Below the pieces are notes generated by a model. The model ran no database searches. It was not told the DNA's origin and saw nothing but the letters and a program-made list of their open reading frames with translations. 64,000 nucleotides of DNA from an uncultured Gammaproteobacteria bacterium (lineage in GTDB: Bacteria; Patescibacteriota; Microgenomatia; UBA8517): the NCBI GenBank assembly GCA_964583685.1, contig CAZOVJ010000001.1, forward strand, positions 132,033 through 196,032. Direction: 5' to 3'. The translations under genes and the position numbers were made by a program. Below are positions 48,213 through 58,232 of this stretch, one piece after another (position 1 is the stretch's first letter; every line of letters begins with the position of its first letter).

Positions 48213-50807
48213 ATGTGGAGGAATTATCGAAGACGACGAAGAATTCTGACCAGGCGGTCGTTGAGTACAAAATCGCTAAAAAGAACAAAACAGATTGCTG
48301 CCTTGGCAAAACTTTCTTTTATTGGTGTTATAGTTTTTTTTGTTCTTTTATTTATCGTCTTCCCCCTTCTTGCTTTTAATCTTCCTTCTCCTGACAAGAT
48401 TGTTAGAAGGGAGGGTTTTTCCACCAAGATTTTAGATAGGAATGGCCAAGTTTTATATGACATTTTTGTTGACCAAAAAAGAACTCCCATTGAACTTGAT
48501 GAAGTACCTCTTTATTTGAGGCAGGCAACCATTGCCATTGAGGATAAAAATTTTTATAAACATCAGGGATTTGACCCGACAGGAATTAGTCGGGCCCTTT
48601 TTAATATCGCTTTTCGGGGCAAGCTTCAGGGAGGTTCTACTTTGACCCAGCAGCTGGTCAAAAATGTTCTTTTGACGCCAGAAAGGACAGTTTTCAGGAA
48701 GATTAAGGAATTTATTTTGGCGATTCAAATCGAGCGTAAATATTCCAAAGATGAGATACTACAAATGTATTTGAATGAGGCACCTTATGGAAGTACGGCT
48801 TGGGGAGTGGCGGCGGCGGCTGAAACTTATTTTGGCAAGGAGGTTCAGGATTTGAATCTTGTTGAATCAGCCTTTTTGGCTGGTCTTCCTCAGAGACCGT
48901 CTGTCTATTCTCCTTATTCTTCAAATCCCAAGGCCTATATAGAGCGAACCCAGGGAGTCTTGAGACGGATGCGGGAGGATGATTATGTAACACGAGATGA
49001 GGAAAAGACAGCTAGAGAAGAGATTGAGAATTTGGAATTTCAGCCACGGGGAGCCGGTTTCAAGGCGCCCCATTTTGTCCAATATGTAAAGTCAATTTTG
49101 GAAGAACGCTATGGCGAGCGGGTTGTGGAACAGGGAGGTTTGCAGGTAACAACAACTCTTGACTTGGAATTACAAGAAGAGGCCCAGAAGATTGTCTCTG
49201 AGGAGATAGAGAAAGTTGAGTATTTACATATTACCAATGGCGCTGCCGTTATTCTTAATCCGGAAACCGGTGAAATTTTGGCCATGGTTGGCTCAAAAGA
49301 TTTTGATGACCCAGATTATGACGGTCAGGTGAACGTTACCCTGTCTCTGCGCCAGCCTGGTTCGGCTATCAAGCCGATAACTTATGTTACTGCTCTGAAG
49401 AAAGGGTATACTACCTCAACCCTGCTGATGGATGTTCCGACAACATTTCCCGGAGGCATTGGTCAGCCCGACTACCAGCCTGAGAATTATGATGCTAAAT
49501 TTCGCGGGCCAATGCAGGTTCGTTTTACCTTGGCCAATTCCATAAACCTGGCGGCCGTTAAAATGCTGGCCAAGGTGGGTATAAAAGATACTTTGCAAAC
49601 TGCCTACGATTTAGGAATTACTACTCTTGAGCCAACACAAGCAACTTTAAACCGGGTTGGGCTTTCCTTAACCCTGGGGGGCGGGGAAATCAGGCTTCTT
49701 GAACTGAGCAGTGCCTATTCTAGCTTTGTGAACAAAGGTTATCGCATTGAACCGACCACTATTTTAAAGATTGAAGACAGCAAAGGTAAAATCTTGGAAG
49801 AGAATAAACCCAAACATGGTCGCCGGGTGATTTCTCCTGAGCAAGCTTTTTTGATAGTTGACGTCTTATCTGACAATCAAGCTCGCTCAGAGATTTTTGG
49901 TCTAAGTTCTTATCTTAATGTTCCGGGTTGGCAGATTGCAGTGAAAACCGGGACAACTAATGACAGGCGCGACAACTGGACACTGGGTGGAAATTCAGAG
50001 GTTATAGTCGGAGTTTGGGTGGGAAACAATGATAATTCCCCCATGCGTCAGGTTGCCTCGGGAGTAACCGGCGCTTCTCCTATTTGGAGAAGAATAATTA
50101 TTGAGGCTTTGAAAGATAAACCCAAAAAGAGTTTTGAAGTGCCGGATGGTATTGTTACTGCAGCCGTTGACCTGGTTTCAGGCTATGCGGCCCACGACGG
50201 CTTTCCTTCGCGAATTGAATACTTTATCAAGGGAACCGAGCCTGGCGAGGACCCTGTCCATGTCAAATTGAAGATTTGTAAAACCGATGGCAAGCTGGCG
50301 ACGCCAGCCGATATTGCAGCTGGAAATTATGAAGAAAAGGAATTTTTCATCTTTAAAGAAGAAGACCCGACAGCCGGACCAGGAGGACATAACCGCTGGC
50401 AGGAGGGAATTTTGAATTGGCTATCTACTCAGTCTGATTCCCGCTACCATCCACCAACTGATTATTGCGGTACCAGTAATCCAGTCAATGTTGAATTTAT
50501 AAATCCTACAGATAGAACTTCTGATTTGCCCAATAAATTTACCATAGAGGTAAGAGTGGACTCAACCTCGGATATTGTTCAGGTGGAATTGGAAATTGAT
50601 GGCCAAAAAATCAGGACATTTATTGGTCCGCCTTTTAAGGAGGAAGTAGAATTTGAGGATGGAGTTCATCAATTACGAGCTAAGGCTAGAGACGAGCAAG
50701 GTAATGAATCGGATAGGAAGATAACTATTGGTGTTAACCTTGCCTGGGACTATACTGAACCAACTCCTACCCCCACTCATACACTCTCTCCTACCCCAAC
50801 CCCTTGA
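48213..50807 (+). CDS. Class A penicillin-binding protein with C-terminal Ig-like domain
   Basis: EDKNFYKHQG, GGSTLTQQ, RKIKE; SAIK, SIN, KTG motifs. Confidence 0.95.
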   Translation: MWRNYRRRRRILTRRSLSTKSLKRTKQIAALAKLSFIGVIVFFVLLFIVFPLLAFNLPSPDKIVRREGFSTKILDRNGQVLYDIFVDQKRTPIELDEVPLYLRQATIAIEDKNFYKHQGFDPTGISRALFNIAFRGKLQGGSTLTQQLVKNVLLTPERTVFRKIKEFILAIQIERKYSKDEILQMYLNEAPYGSTAWGVAAAAETYFGKEVQDLNLVESAFLAGLPQRPSVYSPYSSNPKAYIERTQGVLRRMREDDYVTRDEEKTAREEIENLEFQPRGAGFKAPHFVQYVKSILEERYGERVVEQGGLQVTTTLDLELQEEAQKIVSEEIEKVEYLHITNGAAVILNPETGEILAMVGSKDFDDPDYDGQVNVTLSLRQPGSAIKPITYVTALKKGYTTSTLLMDVPTTFPGGIGQPDYQPENYDAKFRGPMQVRFTLANSINLAAVKMLAKVGIKDTLQTAYDLGITTLEPTQATLNRVGLSLTLGGGEIRLLELSSAYSSFVNKGYRIEPTTILKIEDSKGKILEENKPKHGRRVISPEQAFLIVDVLSDNQARSEIFGLSSYLNVPGWQIAVKTGTTNDRRDNWTLGGNSEVIVGVWVGNNDNSPMRQVASGVTGASPIWRRIIIEALKDKPKKSFEVPDGIVTAAVDLVSGYAAHDGFPSRIEYFIKGTEPGEDPVHVKLKICKTDGKLATPADIAAGNYEEKEFFIFKEEDPTAGPGGHNRWQEGILNWLSTQSDSRYHPPTDYCGTSNPVNVEFINPTDRTSDLPNKFTIEVRVDSTSDIVQVELEIDGQKIRTFIGPPFKEEVEFEDGVHQLRAKARDEQGNESDRKITIGVNLAWDYTEPTPTPTHTLSPTPTP

Positions 50808-50844
50808 CACTATGTTATAATCTCTCTCAACCTGCCTAAGAGCA

Positions 50845-51486
50845 ATGGATACAGAGCGGGAAACAGAAGAGAGAAAAAGACCAAATCGAGTAATGATGAT
50901 TGTTTATTATCAGGACGAGAGCCAAGTTCTTAGGCCAGTTTTTATTAATAGAATTGCCAGTAGAGATAGAATTTCTCAGGCCATTTTTGACGAAAGGGGA
51001 AGAACCCAATCAAAAATTTTAGAACTTAGAGAGAAAAGGAGAAGACCAAAAAAAACTGACAGGCATGGTAACCCATTGTCTAGTAGAAGACTAAAAGATA
51101 TCAAAAGTGATTTAACAACTCAGATCCATCGGTTATCAGATGTGGAAGCAGCATTGGATGGTAGGATTTTTCAACCAATTGAACTAATAAGGAAAGGGAG
51201 CAAAATAATTGGATGTAGAATTGGAAGATGCTCCGAAGATCTGTATGACTGGTGGAGGTTTGTTAGAGGAAACCAGGGTCTTATTGATTTGCTAGAATCG
51301 AAGTCAGCAGATTACCATACAGCAAAAAGGGTATTTTTGCTTCAGTACAGAAGGAGACAGGGTAGTCCTTCTGAGCGAAACAGGACTTTTAAAGAACTTC
51401 GTGATTTTGTAGATGAAAAATTTGGAGATGATGAAGTTCTACCCGATTATATTCAAGACATTACCAGGTTCTTTGATAAGAGTTAA
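50845..51486 (+). CDS. Hypothetical basic protein
   Basis: 213-aa ORF, no recognised motif. Confidence 0.6.
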   Translation: MDTERETEERKRPNRVMMIVYYQDESQVLRPVFINRIASRDRISQAIFDERGRTQSKILELREKRRRPKKTDRHGNPLSSRRLKDIKSDLTTQIHRLSDVEAALDGRIFQPIELIRKGSKIIGCRIGRCSEDLYDWWRFVRGNQGLIDLLESKSADYHTAKRVFLLQYRRRQGSPSERNRTFKELRDFVDEKFGDDEVLPDYIQDITRFFDKS

Positions 51487-53432
51487 TTCTTAACTATTCC
51501 CCCGAATTTTTTCTTAACCTTGTTTAATAATTTATTTCTAATTCTTTTAACTTCTTCGTTGGTTAAAGTTTTTGCTGGATGTTGATAGCAAACTCGGAAA
51601 GTATAAGCATCTTTGTAGATGTCTTTGAGTTCAACTTGAGATATTAAGGCAACTGATTCCATAGAAACAATAACATCTCCAATTTTTGTTCTTAAAGGAA
51701 GCTTGAAAGTAATATCTTCTATTTGGCTAGGATATTTTGGGAGAGGTTTATAGGAAGTTATGGCTGAGCTTGTGTTTCTTAGCCTTTCTAGATCAAAGTC
51801 ATAATAAATATAATCATTCTCCAGAATTCCAAATTGTCCAAGAACCTCTTTGCCTGATTTAATGGTTAGCCTGTGGCTAGGAAGAAAGTTGGCCGTGTCT
51901 TGAGCTTCAAAACAGGCTTTAATATTAAGCCTTTTTAGTAAGACTTCTATTATACCTTTTCCCTCTCTATATTGAAAATTGGCAAAAAGGCCGGCAAGAC
52001 ATAGCTTTTCTTCAGGCAGCTGGCCTTTTCGCTTTAAATAGACATTGGCCATTTCAAACAAGTGGAAAGGGTCTTTTTCACCAGAATTTTGATTTGCCGC
52101 CTCAACCAAAGAAGGCATTAATCTTGTTCTTAAATATTGAGACTCCAGTCCTAAAGGATTTTTTAATTTTAGTGCCTTTTTGTCAACAAATTTTTTTGGA
52201 ACCATTGATGAAGTATAGATTTCAGTTGCTCCCCAGCCGACAAGTAAATTTTTTACTTTTGTCTCAAAGCCAAAGGGCGCATTGGTTAAAGGATCAGGGA
52301 TGACCCCTGCCATTAATTTGCTTGGTAATTTGTGATAGCCATAAAGCCGAGCTATCTCCTCAACTATATTCTCGGGAAGATTAATGTCATTAGCCCTAAA
52401 AGAAGGAATTTGAATAGTTAAAGTGTTCCCATTCCATCTCGGTTCAAAGCCTAGTGAGCGCAGAATTTGAGAAATACTAAGTTTTGATATTTGAATACCC
52501 AGTTTTTTATTAAGAAATATTTCAGTCGTTTTTATTGATTTGGCTTTATAGGGATGGGGATAGAGGTCAAGTACTTTTGGTTCAGCTTTTCCAGCCAATA
52601 ATTTTTCAAAGAGGTCAATCCCTCGCCTGATCGCAAGAGTCACTAATTCTGGATCAAGTCCTTTTTCAAAAAGAGTGGCGGCCTCAGTTCTTTGGGCCAA
52701 GGTCATTGAGGTTTTCCGGATATTGACGGGGTTGTATGTTTGGACGAAAAGAAGAACATTGTTTGTGTTTTTATCAACTTGGGAATTTTTGGCCCCCATG
52801 ATGCCCGCCAGATCTATTAATTGTCCTGAAGCATCTTCGATGACAATGTCGCCTCCGGGAAGAATTTGTTTTTTAGCGTCTAAGGTGGTTAATATCTCTC
52901 CTTTTTTGCTTGCTCTAAGAAGCATTTTTGAGCCTTTAATTTTGTCGTAATCAAAAGTATGTACCGGCTGTCCAAGTTCATGCATGATATAGTTTGAGAT
53001 ATCGACAACGTTATTTATCGGCCGCACCCCGACTGCTTGAAGCCTTTCTTTAATATCTTGGGGAGACTCTTTTATCTTTATTTCTTTGATTAAAACGGCT
53101 GTGAATCTCGAACAAAGGCTTTGATCGACTTCGGCTTTTAGGTAGTCAACCTTTTTGACAAATTTCGGCTTGGCTTTGGTTTTAGGGGCTATCAGTTTGG
53201 TTTTAATACCAAATCTGGGTAAAATTGCCGCCGCTTCTCGGGCAATTCCGTAGACGCTAATCGCGTCCACCCTGTTTGTCGTCACTTCAATCGAATAAAC
53301 AGTTTGTTTACCAATTTTTTCAACTTTGTTTACAGAAGGTCCGGATAACGAAAGGTACTTGGCAATTTGTTTGGGCTTGGCTTTGGTTTTTAAAAAATCT
53401 CTGAGCCAAATATCGGGTATGAGAATTTCCAT
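51483..53432 (-). CDS. pheT: Phenylalanine--tRNA ligase beta subunit (short form)
   Basis: TNRVD, NNVVDISNY..GQP.H.FD, EEIARLYGY, NPL...LRT; appears to lack the B2 domain. Confidence 0.95.
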   Translation of the reverse strand: MEILIPDIWLRDFLKTKAKPKQIAKYLSLSGPSVNKVEKIGKQTVYSIEVTTNRVDAISVYGIAREAAAILPRFGIKTKLIAPKTKAKPKFVKKVDYLKAEVDQSLCSRFTAVLIKEIKIKESPQDIKERLQAVGVRPINNVVDISNYIMHELGQPVHTFDYDKIKGSKMLLRASKKGEILTTLDAKKQILPGGDIVIEDASGQLIDLAGIMGAKNSQVDKNTNNVLLFVQTYNPVNIRKTSMTLAQRTEAATLFEKGLDPELVTLAIRRGIDLFEKLLAGKAEPKVLDLYPHPYKAKSIKTTEIFLNKKLGIQISKLSISQILRSLGFEPRWNGNTLTIQIPSFRANDINLPENIVEEIARLYGYHKLPSKLMAGVIPDPLTNAPFGFETKVKNLLVGWGATEIYTSSMVPKKFVDKKALKLKNPLGLESQYLRTRLMPSLVEAANQNSGEKDPFHLFEMANVYLKRKGQLPEEKLCLAGLFANFQYREGKGIIEVLLKRLNIKACFEAQDTANFLPSHRLTIKSGKEVLGQFGILENDYIYYDFDLERLRNTSSAITSYKPLPKYPSQIEDITFKLPLRTKIGDVIVSMESVALISQVELKDIYKDAYTFRVCYQHPAKTLTNEEVKRIRNKLLNKVKKKFGGIVKN

Positions 53433-53433
53433 T

Positions 53434-54480
53434 TTAAAATTGTTTTAAGAACTTAAGATTTGAGCTGTATAAAAGTCTAATATCTGGTATTTTAAGCCCG
53501 GACCTCATCATATAAGTTCGCTCAACTCCCCAACCGAAGGCAAAGCCGGTGTATTTTTTAGGATCAACTCCACCGTTTTTCAGAACAGCCGGATGAACCA
53601 TACCTGCACCACCTAGCTCAAGCCAGCCCTCTCTGCATAATTTGCAAGCCTGGCCATTCGCTAGGCGGCCCTTACCTTGACAAATGTCGCAGCTGACATC
53701 GACCTCAAAAGACGGCTCAGTAAAAGGAAAGTTGTATGGTCTTAGTCTTGTTTTTCTTTTAGGGCCAAAAAAATTCCGAGCGAAATAATCCAGAGTTCCT
53801 TTGAGATGAACAATGGAGATATCTTTGTCAATGACCAATCCATCGAATTGGTGGAACATCGGGAAATGGGATACATCTAGTTGCCTTCGATAGCACTTGG
53901 CAATATTAATCATTCTTATTGGTAATGATGACACTCGCCGCATTTCTCGGATATCACCAGAGGTTGTATGGGGCGTTAAGAGCATTGGTCCATACTTGGG
54001 ATGCTCTGGTGTATCCAAAATAAAAGTTTCCCATTCATCTCTTGCCGGATGCCACTTGCCGAAATTCAAAGATCCAAAGGTAAACCAATCCCATTCGACT
54101 TCTGGATAGCGAACGCGGACAAAACCAATTTTTTCAAAGACGTTCGAAATCTCCTCGATTGCTTGGCTTATTAGATGAAGGTGTCCTTGGGCTGGTCTAT
54201 TGCCGGGAATAGTTGGGTCAAACCATTGACGACTAGTCTGTTTAAGCTTGTTTTTTTGGGAACTAATTAAATTTTGCAGGGTGCTTTTTGTTTCATTAAT
54301 CAGAAGTCCGATTTGTTTTTTTTCCTCAGAGTTCAGATTTTTTATTTTTTTAATCAGTTTTGTTAATTTCCCGTTTCTTCCCAGATAGGCAAGGCGCAGT
54401 CTTTCAAGTTCAGATAGAGAGCTAGTCTCCATAATCTGGCTGATGCCCTCGTTTTTAATGTTAATTATTTCCTCTCTCAT
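53434..54480 (-). CDS. pheS: Phenylalanine--tRNA ligase alpha subunit
   Basis: HPARD, FHQ, FPFTEPS, GFAFGWGVER. Confidence 0.97.
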   Translation of the reverse strand: MREEIINIKNEGISQIMETSSLSELERLRLAYLGRNGKLTKLIKKIKNLNSEEKKQIGLLINETKSTLQNLISSQKNKLKQTSRQWFDPTIPGNRPAQGHLHLISQAIEEISNVFEKIGFVRVRYPEVEWDWFTFGSLNFGKWHPARDEWETFILDTPEHPKYGPMLLTPHTTSGDIREMRRVSSLPIRMINIAKCYRRQLDVSHFPMFHQFDGLVIDKDISIVHLKGTLDYFARNFFGPKRKTRLRPYNFPFTEPSFEVDVSCDICQGKGRLANGQACKLCREGWLELGGAGMVHPAVLKNGGVDPKKYTGFAFGWGVERTYMMRSGLKIPDIRLLYSSNLKFLKQF

Positions 54481-54517
54481 AATAATCTTACTTTATTTTA
54501 TACCAAAGGTGATCATT

Positions 54518-54540
54518 AAAAAACCTCCCTTTCGGGAGGT
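54518..54540 (-). terminator. Attenuator terminator upstream of pheS
   Basis: ACCTCCC-GAAA-GGGAGGT followed by T-run. Confidence 0.85.
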
Positions 54541-54573
54541 AAATTTTCCCAATTCAGTAACTTTACCTCCCGC

Positions 54574-54621
54574 TTAGGTTGAGGTAAAGTTAAAGAAAAC
54601 AATTTTTGATTTCGATTGCAT
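54574..54621 (-). CDS. Phe-containing leader peptide (pheM-like)
   Basis: MQSKSKIVFFNFTST*, overlapping attenuator segment 1. Confidence 0.8.
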   Translation of the reverse strand: MQSKSKIVFFNFTST

Positions 54622-54628
54622 TAAAGGC

Positions 54629-54657
54629 ATTATAAAAGTATTACTTAATACTGTCAA
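54629..54657 (-). promoter_or_regulatory. pheST promoter
   Basis: Perfect TTGACA-17-TATAAT at the 3' end of rplT, 7 nt before the leader ATG. Confidence 0.85.
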
Positions 54658-54979
54658 CAATTTTTTCAAAAGTGTCAGGATCAGTAATGGCAATATCGGA
54701 TAGGATTTTTCTGTCAATTTCGATTTTTGCTTTTTTAAGGCCGGATATTAGTTGGCTATAGGTAAGTTCATATTTCCGGGCAGCTGCATTTAGTCTAATT
54801 ATCCACAAACGTCTTAAATCTCTTTTTCTCAACCTTCGGCCGATATAGGCATATTGTCCTGCGTGGAGTAAGGCTTCTTTGGCTGTTTTTATTCGTTTTC
54901 TTCGGGCTTGTTTGAAACCCTTGGCCGCTTTTTTAATTTTTCTGTGGCGTTTTGCCGCAATACTTTTGGTTCTTGGCAT
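54641..54979 (-). CDS. rplT: 50S ribosomal protein L20
   Basis: AKGF, YAYIGRRLRKRDLRRLWI, IDRKILS. Confidence 0.98.
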   Translation of the reverse strand: MPRTKSIAAKRHRKIKKAAKGFKQARRKRIKTAKEALLHAGQYAYIGRRLRKRDLRRLWIIRLNAAARKYELTYSQLISGLKKAKIEIDRKILSDIAITDPDTFEKIVDSIK

Positions 54980-55185
54980 TATCTACTTCTCCTTACCCCC
55001 AAAGCTTTTCTCAGTTTTTTGCCATAAAATCCTTGAACCTCAACCGGTCTTTTTAAGTTTCTTATTTTCTTTCTTGATTTTTTAGCCTTCAGGTGGCTAC
55101 TGAAAGAGCGTTGTCTTAAAATCTTACCGGTTTTGGTAATTTTAAATCTTTTTGTTGCTGATTTTCTAGTTTTTTGCTTTGGCAT
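54979..55185 (-). CDS. rpmI: 50S ribosomal protein L35
   Basis: [21 protein letters not shown]. Confidence 0.96.
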   Translation of the reverse strand: MPKQKTRKSATKRFKITKTGKILRQRSFSSHLKAKKSRKKIRNLKRPVEVQGFYGKKLRKALGVRRSR

Positions 55186-55726
55186 CTGTTTCTACTTTCT
55201 TTTTTGTTTTGCCCCTGGGCGAGATAATCATGACTAAGTGTCTTCCCAGAAACTTTGGTTTCATATCTATTGAAACTCTATCTCCCAATTCTTCCAAAAT
55301 CCTTTGTAAAAGATTATAGCCAAACTGTTTACTTCTCATCTGTCTTCCCTTAAATTTGACTACAATTCTAATTTTATTTTTTTCCTCAAGAAATTCTTTT
55401 ATCCGGCTAAGTCGTGTGTCGTAATCGTTCTCGGCTATAAAAGGTGAAAAGCGAACCTCTTTTAGTTCGCCAGTCTTAGACTTTTTCTGTTCTGATCGAA
55501 GCTTCTTTTGCTCTTGATAGCGCAATTTACCCAAATTAATTATTCTGGCAACCGGCGGTTTTGCCTTGGATGCAACCTCAACCAGATCGAGATTTAGTTT
55601 TTTTGCTTTGGCAATCGCTTCATCTCGAGCGATTACACCTATCTGCTTACCGTCAATCCCTATTACTCGGACTTCAGGCGCTTGTATATTTTCATTTACC
55701 CGCCAAAAAAGCTTTTTCTTTCTCAA
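55166..55726 (-). CDS. infC: Translation initiation factor IF-3 (TTG start)
   Basis: NENI...LDLVEV...PPVARI, KEVRF, FKGR. Confidence 0.96.
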   Translation of the reverse strand: MRKKKLFWRVNENIQAPEVRVIGIDGKQIGVIARDEAIAKAKKLNLDLVEVASKAKPPVARIINLGKLRYQEQKKLRSEQKKSKTGELKEVRFSPFIAENDYDTRLSRIKEFLEEKNKIRIVVKFKGRQMRSKQFGYNLLQRILEELGDRVSIDMKPKFLGRHLVMIISPRGKTKKKVETDAKAKN

Positions 55727-55773
55727 CTTCTGTTTAAGATTTTAGCAGATTTAAACTCAAAGGGCAAAGTCAT

Positions 55774-57540
55774 TTAAAGATCTAGGGATTTTGTTTTAAT
55801 TTTTTCTAGAGTAGTCCTGATAAATTTATCTATATCTATCAGACCCAGATCTTTTTCACTTCTTAGGCGCAAGGAGGCTTTTTTAGATTGTTCTTCCTTG
55901 TCTCCGACAATTAACATGTAGGCTACTTTTTCTAGTTGGGCATCACGGATTTTTGCTGCCAGAGTTTCATTTCGGTCATCAACCTCAACTCGGATGTTTT
56001 CTCTTTTTAGTTTATCGGCCAGAGAATTTGCATATTCAATGTTGCGTTCAGTAATAGGAAGAATTTTAACTTGTACAGGAGTGAACCAGAGAGGAAAAGC
56101 GCCAGCATAGTGTTCAATTAAAAAGGCGATTACCCGTTCAAGGGCACCAATTGATGAGCGGTGAATAACTACTGGCTCTTTCTCTTTTCCATCACGGTCA
56201 ATGTACTTCAAGTTGAAACGCTTGGGCATAACAAAATCATATTGAACAGTAAAGGCAGTTTCTTCCTTTCCCAGGACATTTTTTATCTGAACATCAATTT
56301 TTGGGCCATAAAAGGCAGCTTCACCTTCAGCTTCAAAAAAAGGACATTTATGCTTTTTGAGAGATTTTTCTAAAATCTCTTCAGCAAAATCCCAGGCAGC
56401 ATCGTTCTTGTAGAATTTTTTATTATCAGCCCGATCCCCTTTGGAGAGGCGATATAGGAAGTCTTTTTCAGGTTTTAAGCCTAAGACCTTGGCAATATAT
56501 TCTATAAGATTAAGAACACTATCAATTTCAGCTTCTGCCTGGTCTTTGCGGCAGATAATATGAGCATCAGCCAGAGAGAAAAGACGCACGCGAATCAAGC
56601 CACTAAGCTCACCAGATTTTTCATAGCGATATTGATTGGCCAGTTCGGCAATTCTTATTGGCAGTTCCCGATAACTTCGGGGTCGGCTGGCGTAAAGCTG
56701 GAAGTGGTGAGGACAGGTCATTGGACGAAGGATTAGTCGTTCTTCGTCAACTTGCATGACCGGGTACATTGAATCTTTGTAGTATGGATAATGGCCTGAT
56801 TTTTCGTAAAGTTCAACTTTGGCAATATCGGGTGTATAAACATGGTCATAGCCTCTTTTAATTTCTTCGTCAACAATAAATCTCTCCAATTCCCGACGAA
56901 TTACGGCCCCTTTTTTAGTAAAAAGAGGCAAACCTTTTCCTACAAGGTCCGAAAAGACAAATAAGTCAAGCTCTTTGCCCAGTTTTCGGTGATCTCTTTT
57001 TTTAGCTTCTTCAAGTTGTTTTAAGTATTCATCAAGCTCCTTTTTATTGGCAAAACAAGTTCCATAGATTCTGGTCAACATTTTATTTTTTTCATCACCG
57101 TGCCAATAGGCTCCGGCTACTGAAAGAAGCTTAAAAGGCCCAATTTCTCCGGTTGATTTAAGATGCGGGCCCTTGCAAAGATCAACAAATTCATCTCCGG
57201 TCCAATAAACACTTGCTTTTTCTTTTCTTTTTTCTACCTCGTCTAACCATTCTTGCTTATATTCATTGTCCTTGAATAATTTTCGAGCCTCTTTAAGAGA
57301 AATAAATTTTTTCTTGAAAAGAAGATTTTTTTGGATAATCTTTTTCATCTCAGCCTCTATTTTGGGAAAAGCATCCTCACTGATTTTACCTCGATAATCA
57401 AAGTCAAAATAAAACCCATCCTCAGTTGCTGGCCCCATGGCCATTTTTAAACCCGGATAGAGTTTAAGCATTGTCTGAGTCAGGATATGCTCAGCGCTAT
57501 GACGCATGGTCAAAAGCTTTATTTTTTTTCTATCTGGCAT
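55774..57540 (-). CDS. thrS: Threonine--tRNA ligase (no N-terminal TGS domain)
   Basis: RHSAEH, DLCKGPH, RPMTCPHH, FYGPKID; ATG 57540, as the ORF-track extension is tRNA sequence. Confidence 0.97.
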   Translation of the reverse strand: MPDRKKIKLLTMRHSAEHILTQTMLKLYPGLKMAMGPATEDGFYFDFDYRGKISEDAFPKIEAEMKKIIQKNLLFKKKFISLKEARKLFKDNEYKQEWLDEVEKRKEKASVYWTGDEFVDLCKGPHLKSTGEIGPFKLLSVAGAYWHGDEKNKMLTRIYGTCFANKKELDEYLKQLEEAKKRDHRKLGKELDLFVFSDLVGKGLPLFTKKGAVIRRELERFIVDEEIKRGYDHVYTPDIAKVELYEKSGHYPYYKDSMYPVMQVDEERLILRPMTCPHHFQLYASRPRSYRELPIRIAELANQYRYEKSGELSGLIRVRLFSLADAHIICRKDQAEAEIDSVLNLIEYIAKVLGLKPEKDFLYRLSKGDRADNKKFYKNDAAWDFAEEILEKSLKKHKCPFFEAEGEAAFYGPKIDVQIKNVLGKEETAFTVQYDFVMPKRFNLKYIDRDGKEKEPVVIHRSSIGALERVIAFLIEHYAGAFPLWFTPVQVKILPITERNIEYANSLADKLKRENIRVEVDDRNETLAAKIRDAQLEKVAYMLIVGDKEEQSKKASLRLRSEKDLGLIDIDKFIRTTLEKIKTKSLDL

Positions 57541-57541
57541 G

Positions 57542-57615
57542 TGGACCCGAGGGGATTCGAACCCCTGACCTTCCCGATGCCATCGGGACGCGCTAACCAA
57601 CTGCGCCACGGGCCC
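57542..57615 (-). tRNA. tRNA-Ala(GGC)
   Basis: GGGCCCG/CGGGTCC-A with G3:U70, anticodon loop AT-GGC-AT, GGTTCGAATCC; CCA not encoded. Confidence 0.96.
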
Positions 57616-57634
57616 TTATTTTTGGTGAGCATTT

Positions 57635-58123
57635 TTAAAATTTTTCAATTATTATTTTCTCCTTTATTTGCTCCGTTATCGATGGTCTATTTTTTTCTTT
57701 TGGTGAAATTCTTCCGGAAGCAACCATAGATTCAATGTCCACCGATCGATCTTTGAGAGGCCCATACACTTCTAATCCTTTAGGGCCTCTTTTGTAGGGT
57801 ATACCCTTTTTAGTAAGATCTCCAGCTAAATCGTCAACTATGTCAGGGGGTAAATTATAAATAGTAACCAAATTAACACCTATACCTAACTGCTCAAGAC
57901 GGGCTCTGGCATCTTCTAGTGCTGTACGAAGTTCCGAATTTGCATCTTCTGGTCGTACAGAAGCTGTTTGGCTCCGAGATATTAAATCGACGTCCCTTAG
58001 TGCTTGGGGACTCAATTCAATTCCACTGAGGTTAACATACCTAGCATTTTGAGATAATTCGGCTAACTCATTAGGGTTTAATCTAACTGTGCTGGTTTGT
58101 TTGGAACTTTTTTTTACTTCCAT
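57635..58123 (-). CDS. Hypothetical protein between tRNA-Ala and its 5' fragment
   Basis: MEVKK taken as start; upstream ORF-track extension is tRNA fragment plus REP. Confidence 0.6.
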   Translation of the reverse strand: MEVKKSSKQTSTVRLNPNELAELSQNARYVNLSGIELSPQALRDVDLISRSQTASVRPEDANSELRTALEDARARLEQLGIGVNLVTIYNLPPDIVDDLAGDLTKKGIPYKRGPKGLEVYGPLKDRSVDIESMVASGRISPKEKNRPSITEQIKEKIIIEKF

Positions 58124-58202
58124 TTTATTATTTAAAAGTGACAGGATCGTATTATATCTTGATATAACTATACCACCCTGATTTAATCGGACCACCCTAG
58201 TC

Positions 58203-58232
58203 TCGTCCAGAGGACGATCAGCCTCTGGCTGA
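58203..58232. repeat. REP-like double hairpin
   Basis: TCGTCCAGAGGACGA-TCAGCCTCTGGCTGA. Confidence 0.75.

Noticed and set aside
54481-54640. T-box riboswitch before pheS
   Set aside because: Leader is too short and lacks the T-box consensus; a leader-peptide attenuator explains the structure
57541-57609. N-terminal extension of ThrS in the ORF track (MAQLVSASRW...)
   Set aside because: It is the tRNA-Ala sequence read in frame
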